DNA of 64,000 nt from Octopus sinensis (lineage: Eukaryota), in the NCBI RefSeq assembly GCF_006345805.1, contig NC_043002.1, positions 72,974,001 to 73,038,000 of the forward strand, read 5' to 3'. Positions 38,331 through 50,559 of the stretch are shown here, piece after piece. The notes beneath the pieces are model-generated. The model was not told the DNA's origin and made no database searches. It was given only the letters and a program-made list of their open reading frames with translations. Positions within the stretch are counted from its first letter, which is position 1. Each line of letters begins with the position of its first letter. The position numbers were made by a program, and so were the translations under genes.

Positions 38331-38673
38331 ATGTCTTAGTTTAGAAAGAAGGAACAGCGCCCATGACTTAGTCAGGCTTTCCCAAAGTTGTGGAGTTGAT
38401 GTAATTACTGTCCAGATAGAATTTCTACAAGATGATTGATGCCTTGATGCCTGTAGGGAAAATGTAAAGAATTCCAAACGGCTGGAAGTTCTTGGAATAA
38501 ACATTTGCCCTTGCATATGTTTATGTATGCATACATGCATGCATGTGTGTGTTTGCCCATGTGTGAATGTGTGTGCATGCACACATGTGCATGTGTGTGT
38601 AATGATTATTCTGTCTCACCATGTGTAAGCAGTACTTTATTGTGTTTTTGTTCTTTTTTCTTCTACTGTTTAG

Positions 38674-38687
38674 TCTGAGAGAGAATG
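38674..38687 (+). CDS. Candidate 14-nt microexon (TCTGAGAGAGAATG)
   Basis: ~30-nt polypyrimidine tract ending tttag| and G|gtaagt donor. Confidence 0.22.
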
Positions 38688-38854
38688 GTAAGTGTCAATG
38701 ACTTCTCATTTTTTAAGGTCCTCCAAGACTGGTGAGAGTTGGAACGAATACTGAAAGGTATTTGTTTTGTACACTAATTAAAATTTAATGCATTTTCAAT
38801 TGCACACACTGAGTATGCAAATTAGTAGCTCCAATAATTATTATTTCAAATTTT

Positions 38855-39290
38855 GCCACAAGGACAACTTAGGGGAAGTTGGGGATGAGTTGATTACATC
38901 GACCCCAATGTTCAACTGGTACTTATTTTACCAACCCTGAAAGGATGAAAGGCAAAGTCAACCTCTGCAGAATTTGAACTGAGAACGATGCAATGGGCGA
39001 AATACTGCTAAGCATTTTATCCAGTGCACAAACGATTCTGCTAGCTCACTGCCTTAATAGCTCCAGTAATTATTCTTTTCTTCTCTAGGCACTAGGCCTG
39101 AAAGTTTTGTGGAGGGGGCCAGTCGATTAGATCGACCCTGGTACACAACTGGTACTTAATTTATCGACCCTGAAAGGATGAAAGGCCAAGTCAACCTTGG
39201 CAGAATTTGAACTCAGAACATAAAGACAGACTAAATACCATTAAGCATTTCACCCAGCGTGCTAACGTTTCTGCCAGCTTGCCGCCTTAG
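38855..39290 (-). mobile_element. Two tandem SINE family B copies
   Basis: Similarity to other copies; tagctccagtaattatt recurs at 39058 and 39288, suggestive of a TSD. Confidence 0.85.
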
Positions 39291-39664
39291 CTCCAGTAAT
39301 TATTGAGAATATAAGCATGACCATCTTGGATCTGTACCTCATTTTATTGACCTTGAAAGGATGTAAAGTAAAGTTGACCTCAGTTGGGTTTGAACTCAGA
39401 GCTCAGAGAGTTGGAACAAATACTGCAAGGTATTTTGTTCTATACTCTCATTTTGATTTAATGCTGTTTAAATTGTGTATACTGAGTTTATATATATCTA
39501 CTAGCTGGCCCCATGCTGTCAAAAATGGCCACTAATTGAAGTCTTTTATATATAAATAAGACAAAAGATAGAATATGGATGGTAATTCAAATTAATTCAC
39601 TTCCCAATGTTATCTGATGGTTGTATTTTGATATGTGACATCAATCTATACAAACATTCACATA

Positions 39665-39857
39665 CTACTAAGCGGTATTTCATCTGCTGCTACGTTCTGA
39701 GTTCAATTTCCACCGAGGTCGACTTTGCCTTTGATTCTTTCGGGGTCGATAAATTAAGTACTAGTTACGCACTGGGGTCAATGTAATTGACTTAATTCCT
39801 TTGTCTGTCCTTGCTTGTCCCCTCTGTGTTTGGTCCCTTGTGGGCAATAAAGAAATA
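39665..39857 (+). mobile_element. SINE family B, 5'-truncated
   Basis: Similarity to other copies. Confidence 0.85.
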
Positions 39858-41129
39858 ACGAACATTCACATACTTCCCTTTTACACGCATACACACATAT
39901 ACACGTATACTCACACAGAGTTGAAATGCTTTTTGATATTTTCTTTTCACCATAGAATTGCCATCATCCCTTCCTTCCTTATTCATCTGTCACCCCTTCC
40001 TTTCTCATTCATATGTTGTGATTGGAGAAAAACACAAGAGTATTATTATAGTAGATGTTTTATCTTTTACTCAGTTCAGTCATTAGACTGTGGCCATGCT
40101 GGGGTACCACCTTGAATTTTGGTTGAAAAAATTGACCCCAGTACTTATGTTTTTGTAAAGCCTAGTAGTTATTCTATCGGTCTCTTTTGTTGAACTTCTA
40201 AGTTATGGGGATGTAAACATCAACATTGGTTGTGAAGCAGTGGGGTGGGGGCAAACACAGATACAAAAACATACACCCACATGTGCACGCGTGCACACAC
40301 ACACACATACACACACATATAATCGGCTTGTAGTGAAATATATAGATGATACAGTGTGTTTAATGTGGTTGTGTGTATATTATCACAAGAATTCATACAG
40401 AGATGAAAAAATAAATACAAGATCTATACATTAACTACATAAAATTATATTCAGTTCTTGTTTTGATGATGGTACATGAAATCAAATAGTAGACGCTAGT
40501 TGAATGAAGTAATCTATGCAAGAAAGTTCAGAAAAGAAAGTAAATTTCACACGCAGTGAACCTGTGAAAAACAGCTGAGAAAGATTGGGTATTTACCCTT
40601 TATAAGACAGAAAAAAGTTGCCAGCAAGCTGCTGCTGCTACTGCTATGTATGTGTATGTGTGTGTGTGTTTATCTCCCACCACTGCTTGAGAACCAGTGT
40701 TGGTTTGTTTACATCCCTGTAACTTAGGGGTTCAGCAGAAGTGACTCATAGAATAAGTGTACCAGGCTTTTAAAAAACAAGTCCTGGGCTCGATTCAGTT
40801 TCAACTAAAATTTATTCAAGGCGGTGCCCCAGCATGGCTGCAGTTTGATGACTGAAACAAGTGATAAATAAAATGATGATGATGATGATGATGATGGTTC
40901 TAACAACTCTGACCATTATGGCTTGCATATGATACATTTGCACCGTTGTAAAAGGTGGAGCAAATTGGATCATTTTGTAATACTGTGTTCCTTGATAAGA
41001 GATTATCATAGCTTAGGAGGCTTACCAAAATTTTGCTGTGTTGTTTATAAGTGGAGATTGTGTAACATTTTATTGTATGTGTGTGTTGTTATGAGTAATA
41101 AAACTGTGAGAGTGATGGTGGCATGAGAG

Positions 41130-41600
41130 GGAGAGACTAGTTCTTACACCTCCACTGCCGAAGAGGTGTGAAAACTGGTAGTGAAGGTATGCTGTAAGAT
41201 GTCTTGGATGCTGTGTGAAAGATTATCCATCGAGGAATGAAGGACAGTGTAATCTTCCGAGGGAGTCTCTGTATCACTGGAAGTAACAATCAAGTATGTC
41301 ATTGATGAAGAAGACAAAATAGAGGTGTGTGAGAGGGGTTGTGCTTTGGGGCAAGGAAAAGAATGTTTGGAAGAGAGCCAGTCAATGTGTTGGTGGCAGT
41401 GGTGGTGGTAGTGGTTGGTAGTGGTGGTGGGGATGAGTAGATGGGGATATGAATTGGTGTAGACATTTCAAGATGACAGATGCTTTGGCCTCTGTGTTTG
41501 TGGTGTCATTATGGGAGGATTGAAAGGTGGGGCATGGGGCATGGGGGTAGGAGCCAAGAGAAGTTGTGTCTGCTGCTGTGCTGTCACTTGGGACTTTAGA
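41130..41600 (-). mobile_element. Highly degenerate CR1/Jockey-like RT fragments
   Basis: Minus strand YFVFFINDIL (cf. LFLLFINDL) followed by a degenerate ADD-like segment. Confidence 0.35.
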
Positions 41601-42170
41601 AAGAGAGAGAATGAGTGAGTGAAAGAGAGAAACAAGGAGGGATTAAAAGAGAGAGAGAGAAACAAGGAGAGAGCAAAAGTGAGAGAGAAGCAAGAAAAGA
41701 GTGAGAGAGAGAGAGAGAGAAACAAGGAGAGAGTGAAAGAGAAAGAAAAAAGCAAGAAAAGAGTGAGAGAGGGAGAGAGAGAGAGAGAGAGAGAAAGAAG
41801 TTGAAAGTGAGAGAGAGAGAGAAAGAAGTTGAAAGTGAGAGAGAGAGAGAAAGAAGTTGAAAGTGAGAGAGAGAGAGAAACAGGTTGAGAGTGAGAGAGA
41901 AGCAAGGAGAGAGGAGGGAGAGATAGAAGCAAGGAGAAAAGGAGAGAGAAGGAAAAAGAGAGGGAGAGAAAGAAGTAATGAGAGAGGGAGAGAGAGAGAA
42001 GCAAGTTGAGAGTGAGAAAAAGAGAAGCAAGTTTGAAAGTGAGAGAGAGAAGAAAAGTGAGAGGGAAAGATAGAAGCAATGAGAGAGGGAGAGAGAGAAA
42101 CAATAAGAGAGGGAGAACTAGAAGCAATGAGAGAGTGAGAGAGAGTAAGAGAGACAGAGTGAATGATGTT
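41600..42170. repeat. ~570-bp polypurine (GA)-rich tract with a 26-bp internal tandem
   Basis: gagagagagaaagaagttgaaagtga x3 at 41780-41880. Confidence 0.9.
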
Positions 42171-42574
42171 CTCAGTTCTCAATACAGGATGAACAATAGT
42201 TGAGCAGCTAATGGTGGTGGTAGTTCCATGCATTTGGAGAATGGTAGACATAGCAGAAGCAGCAGTTTGGCAGTGAATTGGATGGAATGTCATGTGGTAT
42301 CTATTCTGATTCCGTGCACTCTGGTGAAAGGCATTCTTCACTTAGCTTTTATTGAAACATAATGTGTTTAGGACCACATTAGCCAGTGTAGTTTTCCTTT
42401 CTGAAACCAGTAGAGTGTGATACATGGGAAATCTGGCTGTTATTTTTAGTAGGTCATACAACCACATAAAGACCCTGTCATTGGCTCAGTAACCATGTAG
42501 ATCCTTTTTTATCTCTTACTTGTTTCAGTCATTAGACTGTGGCCATGCTGGGGCACTGCCTTGAAGAATTGTTG

Positions 42575-42995
42575 GTCATGTGAATCAACCACAGTACTTT
42601 GGTTTTGTTTTAAAGTTTGGTACTTATTCTACTCTTTTACACTTTTACTTGTTTCAGTCATGTGGCTGTGGCCATGCTGGAGCACCGCCTTTAGTCGAGC
42701 AAATCGACCCCAGGACTTATTCTTTGTAAGCCTAGTACTTATTCTATTGGTCTCTTTTGCTGAACCGCTAAGTTACGGGGACGTAAACACACCAGCATCG
42801 GTTGTCAAGCGATGTTGGTGGGACAAACATGACAGACACACAAACACACACACATCTATGTACATATATACGACAGGCTTCTTTTCAGTTTCCGTCTACC
42901 AAATCCATTCACAAGGCTTTGGTCGGCCCGAAGCTATAGTAGAAGACACTTGCCCAAGGTGCCATACAGTGTGACTGAACCCGGAACCATGTAGT
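42575..42995 (-). mobile_element. SINE family A, full length (extra partial tail upstream from 42515)
   Basis: Similarity to other copies. Confidence 0.92.
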
Positions 42996-43864
42996 TGGGT
43001 GGAAACTTCTTTATTATTATTTTTTTTTAGGCTTGAGCAGCCATGGTTTGATGCAATCCTCTCTGTTCATATGTATCATTAATTAATATCCATGTTTTCA
43101 ATTGATATTTATGATTTTTTCTTTTTTTTTTAAAAAAAAGACGGCTATATCTTAATAATTTTGCAACACCATTTCTAATGAAGTACTTTGATTTTAACTA
43201 ATTTTGAAGCTAATCAAAAATTCAGAGGTGATTTTTATAAAATATCAGACATTGTCATTATTAAGCTAGTGTTTGAAACATGACTTAACAAAATATAAAA
43301 TTCTGATGGAATTTTAAAATTTATATTTGAACACTTAAAATTGAGGTTAATTTCAACCAACTAAAGGTTAAATTTTTTGATTCTTGATGTGTGCATTGTT
43401 TTGTTTTTTTTATTTCTTCAATTAGAATTTTTTCAAAAATTTTCGGCTGAGAAAAATAATTTGAAGAACACATATTTTGTGAAAAAATGCTAATTTTGCT
43501 TTTTAGACTGTTTTTTTTTTGTTCTGATATAAGTTCATCTTTAATTCATAAATAAGTGAAATAACATTGTTATGTTCTATTTATATTGCTATTGTTATTT
43601 TAACTTAACATTTAAAGGAAAAAACAGTATCTTAATTTTCCACTGTGTTAGTTGTTTTATCATGATAGAAAATATAAATGCAAATTACTGAATGAAAAAG
43701 AGTATGAGGGTAGAATCTACATCCAAAAAGTTATCAAGGGGTAAATGAAACTCAAAAGTTGGAGGAAAACCCTGTACTGTAGAATTAGAGGAGGTCTCAG
43801 ATGGGCTAGTATCAAAAGGGTTAAGCCCTTCCCTAATGTTGTTTAGTACAATATTAATCAAAGC

Positions 43865-44090
43865 AAGATGGTGAGCTGGCAGAATCATTAGCATGCTAGG
43901 CGAAATGCTTTGCGGTATTTCGTTCTGAGTTCAAATTCTGCCGAGGTTGACTTTGCCTTTCATCCTTTCGGGGTCAATTAAATAAGTACCAGTTAAATAC
44001 TGGAGTTAATGTAATCAACTTAATTCCTTTGTCTGTCTGTCTATCTTTGTTTGTTCCCCTCTGTGTTTAACCCCCTGTGGGCAATAAACT
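43865..44090 (+). mobile_element. SINE family B, full length
   Basis: Similarity to other copies. Confidence 0.9.
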
Positions 44091-44361
44091 AGGCTAGTAT
44101 TAGGTATGAGACATTTAGGCACAGCTGTTTTAGCATTGCTGCTTCAATGCTGCCTTTTTTGACATCGGACATTTTTATGTTTCTTTTGTTCTCTCCCTAT
44201 TTCCCCACCCCTCTCTCTTTGTTTATGTGTGTGAGCATATTTTTCTTCATGTTTATGAGAAGGAAAGTGTTTATATCAGTTGTTAAACTGTGTTTATGTT
44301 CAGTTAATAAACTATAACATCTCTCTCCTCTTCCTCTCCCTTTCTCTCTCTCTCTCTCTCC

Positions 44362-44405
<44 letters not shown>

Positions 44406-45447
44406 ATATATATATATATTTTTTGTAGATGCATGCTCACGTGCGCATGTGTGTGTGTGTTTGTTTACTTCATCATCATCATTATGATCATCATCGTTTA
44501 ACATCCGTTTTCCATGCTAGCATGGATTGGATGGTTCAACCAGGGTCTGGGAAGTTAGGAGGCTGCACCAGGCTCCAGTCTGATCTGGCAGTGTTTCTAC
44601 AGCTGGATGCCCTTCCTTAACGCCAACCACTTCGTGAGTGTAGTGGATGCTTTTTACGTGCCACCGGCATATGGGCCAGGGGAGGCTGGCAATGTCCACA
44701 ATTGGTTGGTGCTTTAAGCCAGTCAAGGTGGCAGCAGTGTTAAAATGTACAATTACTTAAGTAGCCATTCTCAACCATCAGTTTTTGCCCAGCTGCATCC
44801 AATTGACTCATTCTCTTACATCCCTTTGTTTTCGGAGTTCAAATACTGACAGAGTTGAATTTATATTTCCTTCCTTCCTTTGGTGGGCTGGTGAGACAGT
44901 ACCCTTGAAATGCTTGGAATTTGGGATTTTCCTCTACTTCATGAAGGCTGCAGCATTTTCAGTTTGTTCCTGCTCTGGAACTAAATTATCTAATATGTCT
45001 TTCCTGTATTTAAGTCAATAGGGATAAATTTGAAGGAGATTTAATTGCTTTTTTCTCTCTAGTTGAGCAACCATATAGATACTCCCTTGTTGGCACATCT
45101 CTTATTTCAGTTAGTCTTCTAGTTGACCAGGCATCATTACTCCTAAATCTTGCTGGGCCTTCCTGGACTGAAGGAAAAGTTAGCTTACCTTATCATCATC
45201 GTCATTTTTTAATGTGCATTTTTCCATGAATATATGGGTCAGACAGAATTTGTTGAGGTGGATTTTCTATGGATGGATTCCCTTCCTTTCTCCAACCCTC
45301 AACTGTTTCCAGGTAAGATAATATTTCTCCATGATCAGGATGTTTTCACTGCTTTACAGTGACACTTATTTATGACTATTACATGTCATCAAGGCAAAGA
45401 GACAGTAATACACATACATACACACATGCATATGCACACATATGCAT

Positions 45448-45480
<33 letters not shown>

Positions 45481-45789
45481 CATATAAATATGATGGGCTT
45501 CATTCAGTTTCCATCTACCAAATCCACTCACAATGCTTTGGTTGACCCAAGGCTACAGTAGAAAACATTTGTCCAAGGTGACATGCTGTGGGATTGAACC
45601 GGGAACCATATGCTTGAGAAGCAAACTTCTTAATCACACACCCTTACCTGAGCCTAGTTAGTTAATATAAATTTTGAACTGTTGCATGTTAGAGATTAGA
45701 AACAAGTGTAAACTGCTAGGATGTTGTGGAAACAAGCCCCCAAAACTGAAGACATAGGGAAGAAGAGCTTGGATCAATTGGTGAATGTT

Positions 45790-46350
45790 ATTATGTATTA
45801 TCATGGCCAGGTTCCAACCCAGGCTGCAACAGCAAAATCCACCCGCCACACTTCTCAGTCTATCACCACTCTCTCAAGGTTCAGTATACATTCCATGCCA
45901 GTGTCTGAAATCATGTTATCAATGTAAGTGTGATGATGTTTCCGTCTTCTTACATCTCATTGAACTGGGTTCCACAAGACTAATTTGGATTCTTCCAGCT
46001 CAGGGTAGCACATGCAGTGACCATGCAGCTGTCTTTGCCTGATCTTCTTGCTAACTCTTGGTAAGTCTCCATAAAGACATTCATTTGTCATATGTTGCTG
46101 CCATTTCACATTTAGGGCCATGCATTTTTCCCCTGCCCACCAATGCACAGTATAGGCCACTTATAATTGAATTCCATGTCGCATAATTTTTCGCTTCTGT
46201 ACTTATACTCTGCCATGAATGTCCCCCTTTCTCTAGTTCCTTTTGTGTTGATCTATGCCACGAGTTCTTAGGCCTACCTTTCTTTTTATATCCATCCAGA
46301 TTCCACTGTAAAGCACTTTTCGCTACATTTGGTGTGTCTTTTCTAATTAT
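45790..46350 (-). mobile_element. Two RTE LINE C-terminal fragments (different subfamilies)
   Basis: 46140-46350: IIRKDTPNVAKSALQWNLDGYKKKGRPKNSWHRST...GLYC; 45790-46125: ALNVKWQQHMTNECLYGDLPRVSKKIRQRQ..GHC...SKLVLWNP...TYIDNMISDTGM. Confidence 0.8.
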
Positions 46351-46354
46351 TTCA

Positions 46355-47005
46355 TTATTAGAAGATTGCGTAGGTTGTGTAAACAAAAAGAATAAGACGT
46401 GGATATCACAAGAGACACTAACAGCCATAGAAGTAAGAAAGAAGCTAAAGGAAAAATTACTATCGGTAAGCTTAGAAGTAGAGATAAATAGATATCAGGG
46501 GAATCACAACCAACAAAATAAGAAAGTGAAAAAACAATTAAGAAGAGACAAATGAAAATATTTCGAAAATTTAGCAACAACAGCAGAAAGTGCAGCTCAG
46601 CGCCAGAACATGAAAGAGCTGTGCAACACAACTAAATTACTATCCGAGAAGAGAGTAAGAGTAGAGAAGGCAGTAAAAGGGAAGGATGGCTGGATGCTAA
46701 TATCAATTCTAGAACAAAAAAAAATCAATGGAGGGCCATGCATAACGTTTCCAAATTGAATGTTGCTGAAAACTTCAAGTCCTTCGGTTTTTGAGGGAGC
46801 AATTCAGAAGCAGACATCAAGACCAGGGAGGCACAAACACAAACAACCTGTCTCAAACAAAGGAAGGTCTGGAACTCCAAATTACCCAGGCAAATCAAAA
46901 TTGAGCTGTTCATTGCAACTGTTGAATCAATGCTATATAATATGACAGTGAAACTTGGACACTGACAAAGAAATCATCATCAAACATGCTAAATGGAGGG
47001 TGAAT
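46355..47005 (+). mobile_element. RTE LINE ORF fragments (EN-RT linker, then end of RT)
   Basis: KTWISQETLTAIEVRKKLK...KKVKKQLRRDK*KYFENLATTAESAAQRQNMKELCNTTKLLS; then SEADIKTR...KVWNSKLPRQIKIELFIATVESMLY..ETWTLTKK. Confidence 0.8.
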
Positions 47006-47378
47006 ATAGATTCTGACATTTGGGTGAAATGTAGTAAAGTATTATTTTGGGATGACAAGAAGAGAAAAGATGAAGCCTTGAATGGTTATAAGTATGAGCA
47101 ATGTAGTAGTAGTGTAAGTTAGTTGTGTCTATTGCGTGCTTGCCCAACTTAGCTTGTAACAGTTATATTTATTATGGATTTAAAAGAAAAATACATTTTG
47201 CTATTTTACATAAATCCTTGCATGCTTGTTATGGGAGGAATAGCTTTGGTAGGAGTAATTGTTTTTACAGCTGCATACTCCTTCCTCAATTGCCTGATAC
47301 TCAGCCATCAAGTATTTTATATATATATGTATATATATATATATATATACATACATACATACATATATTTGAATGTGA

Positions 47379-47412
<34 letters not shown>

Positions 47413-47553
47413 CACTACTATTCAACATCCTTGTATGTATATATGTATATATATGAAATACATACATTTATAACAACACACACACACACACACACATTAA
47501 TTTTGTCATTTTGTTTTCAGTTTTTTTTTTCTTTTTGTTTTGTTTATTCCTAG

Positions 47554-47601
47554 TTGGAACGTCTTCATTTACACTCTTCTGAATCATGGCATTTCAAAAA
47601 G
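47554..47601 (+). CDS. Candidate 48-nt symmetric exon (LERLHLHSSESWHFKK or WNVFIYTLLNHGISK)
   Basis: Long T-rich acceptor ...tattcctag|, AAG|gtatca donor, two open frames. Confidence 0.25.
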
Positions 47602-47984
47602 GTATCAATGTCATTCGCGCTTTCCCAAGTCACTCCTATAAATTAGATGAGGAAGAAGACAAGGAGCAGAGGGTGTAGGAGGTGGTGGTGGTGATGGTGA
47701 CAGGTTTTGAGTTTGTTGTCAAATGTTGCTGTTTTCATTGCTTAACCTCAGGTTAGATTTGATCAAGTAGACCTTACATTAAAGGCCTTCTAACTCTGAC
47801 CATCCTGTATTTTAGTATATCTAAAAATATATAATGAGTCCTTTCCTTTTCTTTTAAAAACTATAATCTGTCATTTGAAGGACAGCTACTATTTCTAGCA
47901 GGTTGAGTGATCATGTAGAGGTTTCTTTGCATTAAGCACATGTAAAGTGTTTGGTTTATTATTATTATGATTATTATTATTATT

Positions 47985-48190
47985 GAGCTGGCAGAATCAT
48001 TAGAATGTCAGACAGAATGCTTAGTGGCATTTCTGCTGGCCCTTTAGATTCTGAGTTCAAATACCACCAAGGTCAACTTTTCCTTTCATCCTCTTGCGGT
48101 TGATAAAATAAAGTGCTAGTCAAGTACTAAGGTTGATACAAGTGGCCTACCCCACCTTAAAATTGCTGACTTTGTGTCAAAATTTGAAAC
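47985..48190 (+). mobile_element. SINE family B
   Basis: Similarity to other copies. Confidence 0.8.
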
Positions 48191-48192
48191 AT

Positions 48193-48610
48193 AGGCGCAG
48201 AAGCAGCTGTGTGGTAAGTAGCTTGTTTACCAACCACATGGTTCCAGGTTCATTCCCACTGCGTGGCACCTTGGGCAAGTGTCTTCTACTATAGCTTCAG
48301 GCCGACCAAAGCCTTGTGAGTGGATTTGTTAGATGGAAACTGAAAGAAGCCCGTTGTATATATGTATATATATGTATGTGTGTATATGTTTGTGTCTGTG
48401 TTTATCCCCCAACCATCGCCCCAACCATCGCTTGACAACCGATGTTAGTGTGTTTACATCCCCGTAACATAGCGGTTCAGTAAAAGAGACTGATAGAATA
48501 AGTACTAGGCTCACAAAGAATAAGTCCTGGGGTCAATTTGCTTGACTAAAGGCGGTGCTCCAGCATGGTCGCAGTCAAATGACTGAAACACGTAAAAGAG
48601 TAAAAGAGTA
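48193..48610 (+). mobile_element. SINE family A, full length
   Basis: Similarity to other copies. Confidence 0.92.
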
Positions 48611-48644
48611 TTATGATTATTATGATTATCATTATTATTGAAAG

Positions 48645-48850
48645 TGGCAAGATGGCAGATGCATTAGCACACCGGGCAAAATGCTTAGTGGTATTTTGTC
48701 TGTCTTCAAGTTCTGCCGAGGTCAACTTTACCTTTCATCCTTTCGGGGTTGATAAATTAAGTATCAGTAAAATACTGGGGGGAAGGCGGGTCGATGTAAT
48801 CAACTAGTCCCCTCCTCCAAAATTTCAGGCCTTGTGTCTTTAGTAGAAAA
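48645..48850 (+). mobile_element. SINE family B
   Basis: Similarity to other copies. Confidence 0.85.
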
Positions 48851-48904
48851 CATCATCATCATCATTATTATTTATGGTTTCTTTTCATTATAACTTTATT
48901 TCAG

Positions 48905-48971
48905 CTACCTTTGTACTGGGCATCCTCCGGCGGCCAAGAGTAGCAAGAGCACTTTTGTCATGCAATGCATG
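48905..48971. other. GC/CpG-rich unique island with exon-like signals on both strands
   Basis: Plus: tttatttcag| at 48904; minus: 63-nt phase-0 exon 48909-48971 (HALHDKSALATLGRRRMPSTK) with ttttag| and AAG|gtagct. Confidence 0.3.
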
Positions 48972-49109
48972 CTAAAATTATCACTACATTTATTCCATTT
49001 ATGGAAAGTGCTTTCCATAGTATATAGACTGTAACCATGAAGGTTATCTTTTGTAGTTCACAGAGATTGGAGTTACCAGGAAGTTGTTTAATATACTTCT
49101 CAGCTCCCT

Positions 49110-49115
49110 TCTTTA

Positions 49116-49199
<84 letters not shown>

Positions 49200-49560
49200 T
49201 TGAGTGAGAGAACAGTGCATGCCATTAAAGTGACACTGAGGTACAAATATATGAATCCCAATATACCCATGAGGATTACCTGTTTGATATGGGTACACCA
49301 ACACATGCATTACAACAATATGTGCATAACGTGGTGACCTCATATCAAGATAAACAGTGCATGACCTTGCAGAGGGGCCCAGTTAGAATTTTCTTCAGGT
49401 CAAGTGCCCGTGCCACTCAAAAGGTCCCTGAATAAGGGTTGTTTGAGGATGATGAATGAAACATTTATATTTCCAGGGGTGAATTATTCAAGAATCTTTC
49501 TCAACACATGGCTGTGATGCTTCCCCCACTACTCCCGCTTATGATCAGCAATGCACGTAC
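49110..49560 (-). mobile_element. R4/Dong-like LINE 3' end with (ACT)n(AAT)n tail
   Basis: Minus strand HSHVLRKILE* then a long 3'UTR identical in type to 17671-17840. Confidence 0.6.
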
Positions 49561-49579
49561 TAAGCTCAACATACTTGAC

Positions 49580-49830
49580 CAAACAACTAACAAGCAAATT
49601 TGCAGGTCAAGCAACTGACAAGCAAATTTGCAGGTCAAGCAACTGACAAGCAAATTTGCAGGTCAAGCAACTGACAAGCAAATTTGCAGGTCAAGCAACT
49701 GACAAGCAAATTTGCAGGTCAAGCAACTGGCAAGCAAATTTGCAGGTCAAGCAACTTACAAGCAAATTTGCAGGTCAAGCGACTGACAAGCAAATTTGCA
49801 GGTTAAGCAACTTACAAGCAAATTTGCAGA
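49580..49830. repeat. 28-bp minisatellite, about 9 copies
   Basis: Unit caagcaaatttgcaggtcaagcaactga. Confidence 0.95.
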
Positions 49831-50559
49831 ATTGCACAGAATATTTGGTGGAGCCCATCTTTTATACCATAATGAAACAAGTACGTGTTAACACTTCCAA
49901 TCAGTTAAGATCAGAAGCCATGAAAGCTGATCTGAATTTTAGCAATATTTGCACTGTTGCTCATTATCGCTATCACCATCCCCAATTCTTCTATCATCAA
50001 CAGGATTATCATGTCAACCATTCAAGATGTGTCCTTGTTCTTTCATGCTGCATTTGTTCTTAGTATAAGTTCTTAGTATAAGTTCTTAGTATAAATGAAT
50101 AATACTTTTAGTTCTTAGTTTATAGTATATTACTAAGGAAGCTAGTTGAAAGAGAATTTGTTGCTACATTAGTAGGCCAAGTAATTATTATGTATATGTT
50201 TTGTCTGTCTGTTTGTCTGTGTCTCTCAGTGTTTCTTAATATCATTTCAAAATATTCTGCACTTTTATGTCAGTTCACAATCCTAATTTACCTTTCATCA
50301 TCATCATCATCATCATCGTTTAACGTCCGTTTTCCGCGCTAGCACGGGTTGGACGGTTTCGACCGGGGTCTGGGGAGCTCGGGACTGCCCCAGGCTCCAG
50401 TCTAGTCTGGCAGTGTTTCTACAGCTGGATGCCCTTCCTAACGCCAACCACTCCGCAAGTGTAGTGGGTGTTTTTTACGTGCCACCTGCACAGGTGCCAG
50501 AGGGGTCTGGCATCGGCCACGTTCGAATGGTGCTTTTTATGTGGGGGGGGGGTGCAGAA

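Noticed and set aside
41468-42341. Long L/S/F-rich and E/R-rich ORFs
   Set aside because: Translations of the (GA)n polypurine tract
43685-43894. Protein-like minus ORF (LNPFDTSPSETSSNST...)
   Set aside because: Starts in a SINE B head and runs through a piggyBac-like MITE end (ttaacccttttgatac)
45720-45923. 204-nt symmetric plus-strand exon-like ORF ending in gtaagt (MLWKQAPKTEDIGKK...)
   Set aside because: Largely antisense to an RTE C-terminal fragment; the donor is the reverse complement of the element's T-Y codons
47163-47309. Hydrophobic TM-like ORF ([21 protein letters not shown])
   Set aside because: Open on both strands in register, weak splice signals, abuts (TA)n; indistinguishable from chance
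49580-49830. CRISPR-like repeat array (also 20454-20645 and 31246-31455)
   Set aside because: Contiguous units without unique spacers, in eukaryotic DNA with no cas genes
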